A DNA stretch of 64,000 bases from Squalus acanthias (Eukaryota), in the NCBI GenBank assembly GCA_030390025.1, contig JASTWF010000048.1, positions 248,001-312,000 of the forward strand. Reading direction: 5' to 3'. Both the position numbers and the translations under genes were made by a program. A model generated the notes under the pieces. It was not told where the DNA came from. It saw only the letters and a program-made list of their open reading frames with translations, and did not search any database. Below are positions 62,406 to 64,000 of this stretch, one piece after another; position 1 is the first letter of the stretch; every line of letters begins with the position of its first letter.

Positions 62406-63382
62406 CACAGAGATACACTCAGACTGAACCGTGCTACAAAAACCCGCCCGTCTCAGACACTACCGCCTTACCAGTTCTAATGATAGATAGACCGGGATAG
62501 AGTGAAGAAGAGGGATAGAGAGAGGGTGAGAGGGAGAGAGAAGGAGACGGAGAGAGAGAGAGGGAGGACGAGAGGGTATGAGACGGAACAGAGACAGAGA
62601 GATAGGGAGAGAGGGAGCGCGAAGGCAACAGCGAGGCAGGTTTAGAGAGTGACAGGGAAAGAGAGAGATTGAGAGATAGAGAAGACAGAGGGAGAGACGG
62701 AGAACGAGCTGTCCAACGATTTATGCATGTATTTATCTATCTATCTATCTATCTATTGATCTCTGTATCTTTGGATGATTATAATTTGTTATTAATTAAT
62801 TGTAAAATGTTATATCAATGCATTCAATGTCCTTTTTAAACAAATTAACTACATTTTAATCAACAGATTTTGCGGTGGGTAAATGGGTTAACGTCAGTGG
62901 TGAAAGAGTGGTGAGTGGAGTATGTGGAGGAGATACCCATACCTGCCGATGCGCCAGTGAATTATTCCTGTTATTTCCCCTATTGCAATAGCGACTTGAG
63001 ACGCGCTCCTTGTCACAGCATCATGGAATGATACTTCACGGAAGGAGGCCATTCGACCCATCGCACCTGTGCCGGCTCTGTGAAAAAGCTATTATATTAG
63101 TCCCATTCCCCTGCCCTATCCCCTATAGACCTGCAACGTTTCCTCCACGAAATATGTATCCAATTTCCTTTTGAATGTTAGTATTGAATCTGTTTCCACC
63201 ACCCTTTCAGGATGAGCGTTTGAGATCATAACAAAGCGCTGTGAAAAAAAAAATCTCCGCCTGTCGCCTCTGGATCTTGTACCATTTACATTATATCCGT
63301 GTGCTCTGGTTATCGATCCTCCTGCCAGTGGAAACAATTTCTCATTATTTACTCGATCAAAACCCTTTATTATCTTTAACAA

Positions 63383-63692
63383 GGGGTACGGTAGCATAGG
63401 CGTTATGCTGCTGAACCAGTAATCCAGAGTTCGGGAAAAATGATCCAGAGACATGAGTTCAAATTCTACCACGACCACGAATTTAAATTTAGTTAATTGA
63501 CTAAATCTCGAATTGAAAAGCAAGTATCAGTAATAATGACCATGAAACTACAGGAGTGTCGTAAAAACCCAGTTGGTTCACTTAACTGCTCTCTTGTGGT
63601 TCAAGAACGCTTTCTCACCACCACCTTTCCCAAGGGCAATTAGGGATTGACAATAAATGCCAGCGACGCCCACATCCTATGAATAAAAAAAA
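63383..63692 (+). mobile_element. tRNA-derived SINE
   Basis: A-box-like GGTAGCATAGGCG, B-box GAGTTCAAATTC, AATAAA and A-rich tail; interrupts a CR1 fragment. Confidence 0.6.
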
Positions 63693-64000
63693 TCTCCATT
63701 ACATCTCACATTAACATTCTCTGCTTTAATTAGAACAATCCCAGCTTCCCTATCTCTCATACCTGACGTCCCTCATCCCTGGTACCATTCGGGTAAATCT
63801 CCTCTTAACCTTCACTAAGGCGAACAGCCCCATACACATAGGATATAGTTCATCTTAGAACCCTTAAACGTGTCACGAATGTTTCACACTGTGCAAAGGC
63901 CAGATGACTCCTCAGATATGTTTGTCACTGAGACACCTGCGTCCTGACGGCGGGTGCAAACTCTGTTGAAAACCGTTTACCCACTTCTCATCAGACACTA

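Overview
Vertebrate genomic DNA, most likely a cartilaginous fish (inferred from the CR1, L2, Penelope and Deu-SINE content and the V-gene style; species not determinable). It is part of a tandem T-cell receptor V-gene array, best matching TCR beta. All V genes are on the + strand with a split leader (phase-1 intron), a V exon and a 23-bp-spacer RSS. I find 14 apparently intact V segments in three families: A, ending CAWS and TRBV30-like (6); B, ending CACSD/CACGD (3); C, ending CACST/CACSI (5). There are also 7 family-A pseudogenes or relics and 4 orphan promoter/leader-like modules. The genes sit in a repeated cassette of about 9.5 kb (A-B-C-orphan leader-pseudoA). No D, J or C segments are visible. 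Insertions include a Penelope-like retroelement with inverted terminal arms carrying minimal hammerhead ribozyme motifs, a young CR1 nested in one arm, a second short Penelope derivative, a near-full decayed CR1, SINEs and a near-identical 3.15-kb tandem duplication. Most notable: co-oriented CTCF-like motifs 3' of V RSSs, PBX-PREP/MEIS decamer arrays in V promoters, germline CDR3 cysteines, four hammerhead motifs, a Penelope-CR1 chimeric RT ORF, and a microdeletion centred on an RSS cleavage site. All assignments are by eye; no database search was run.
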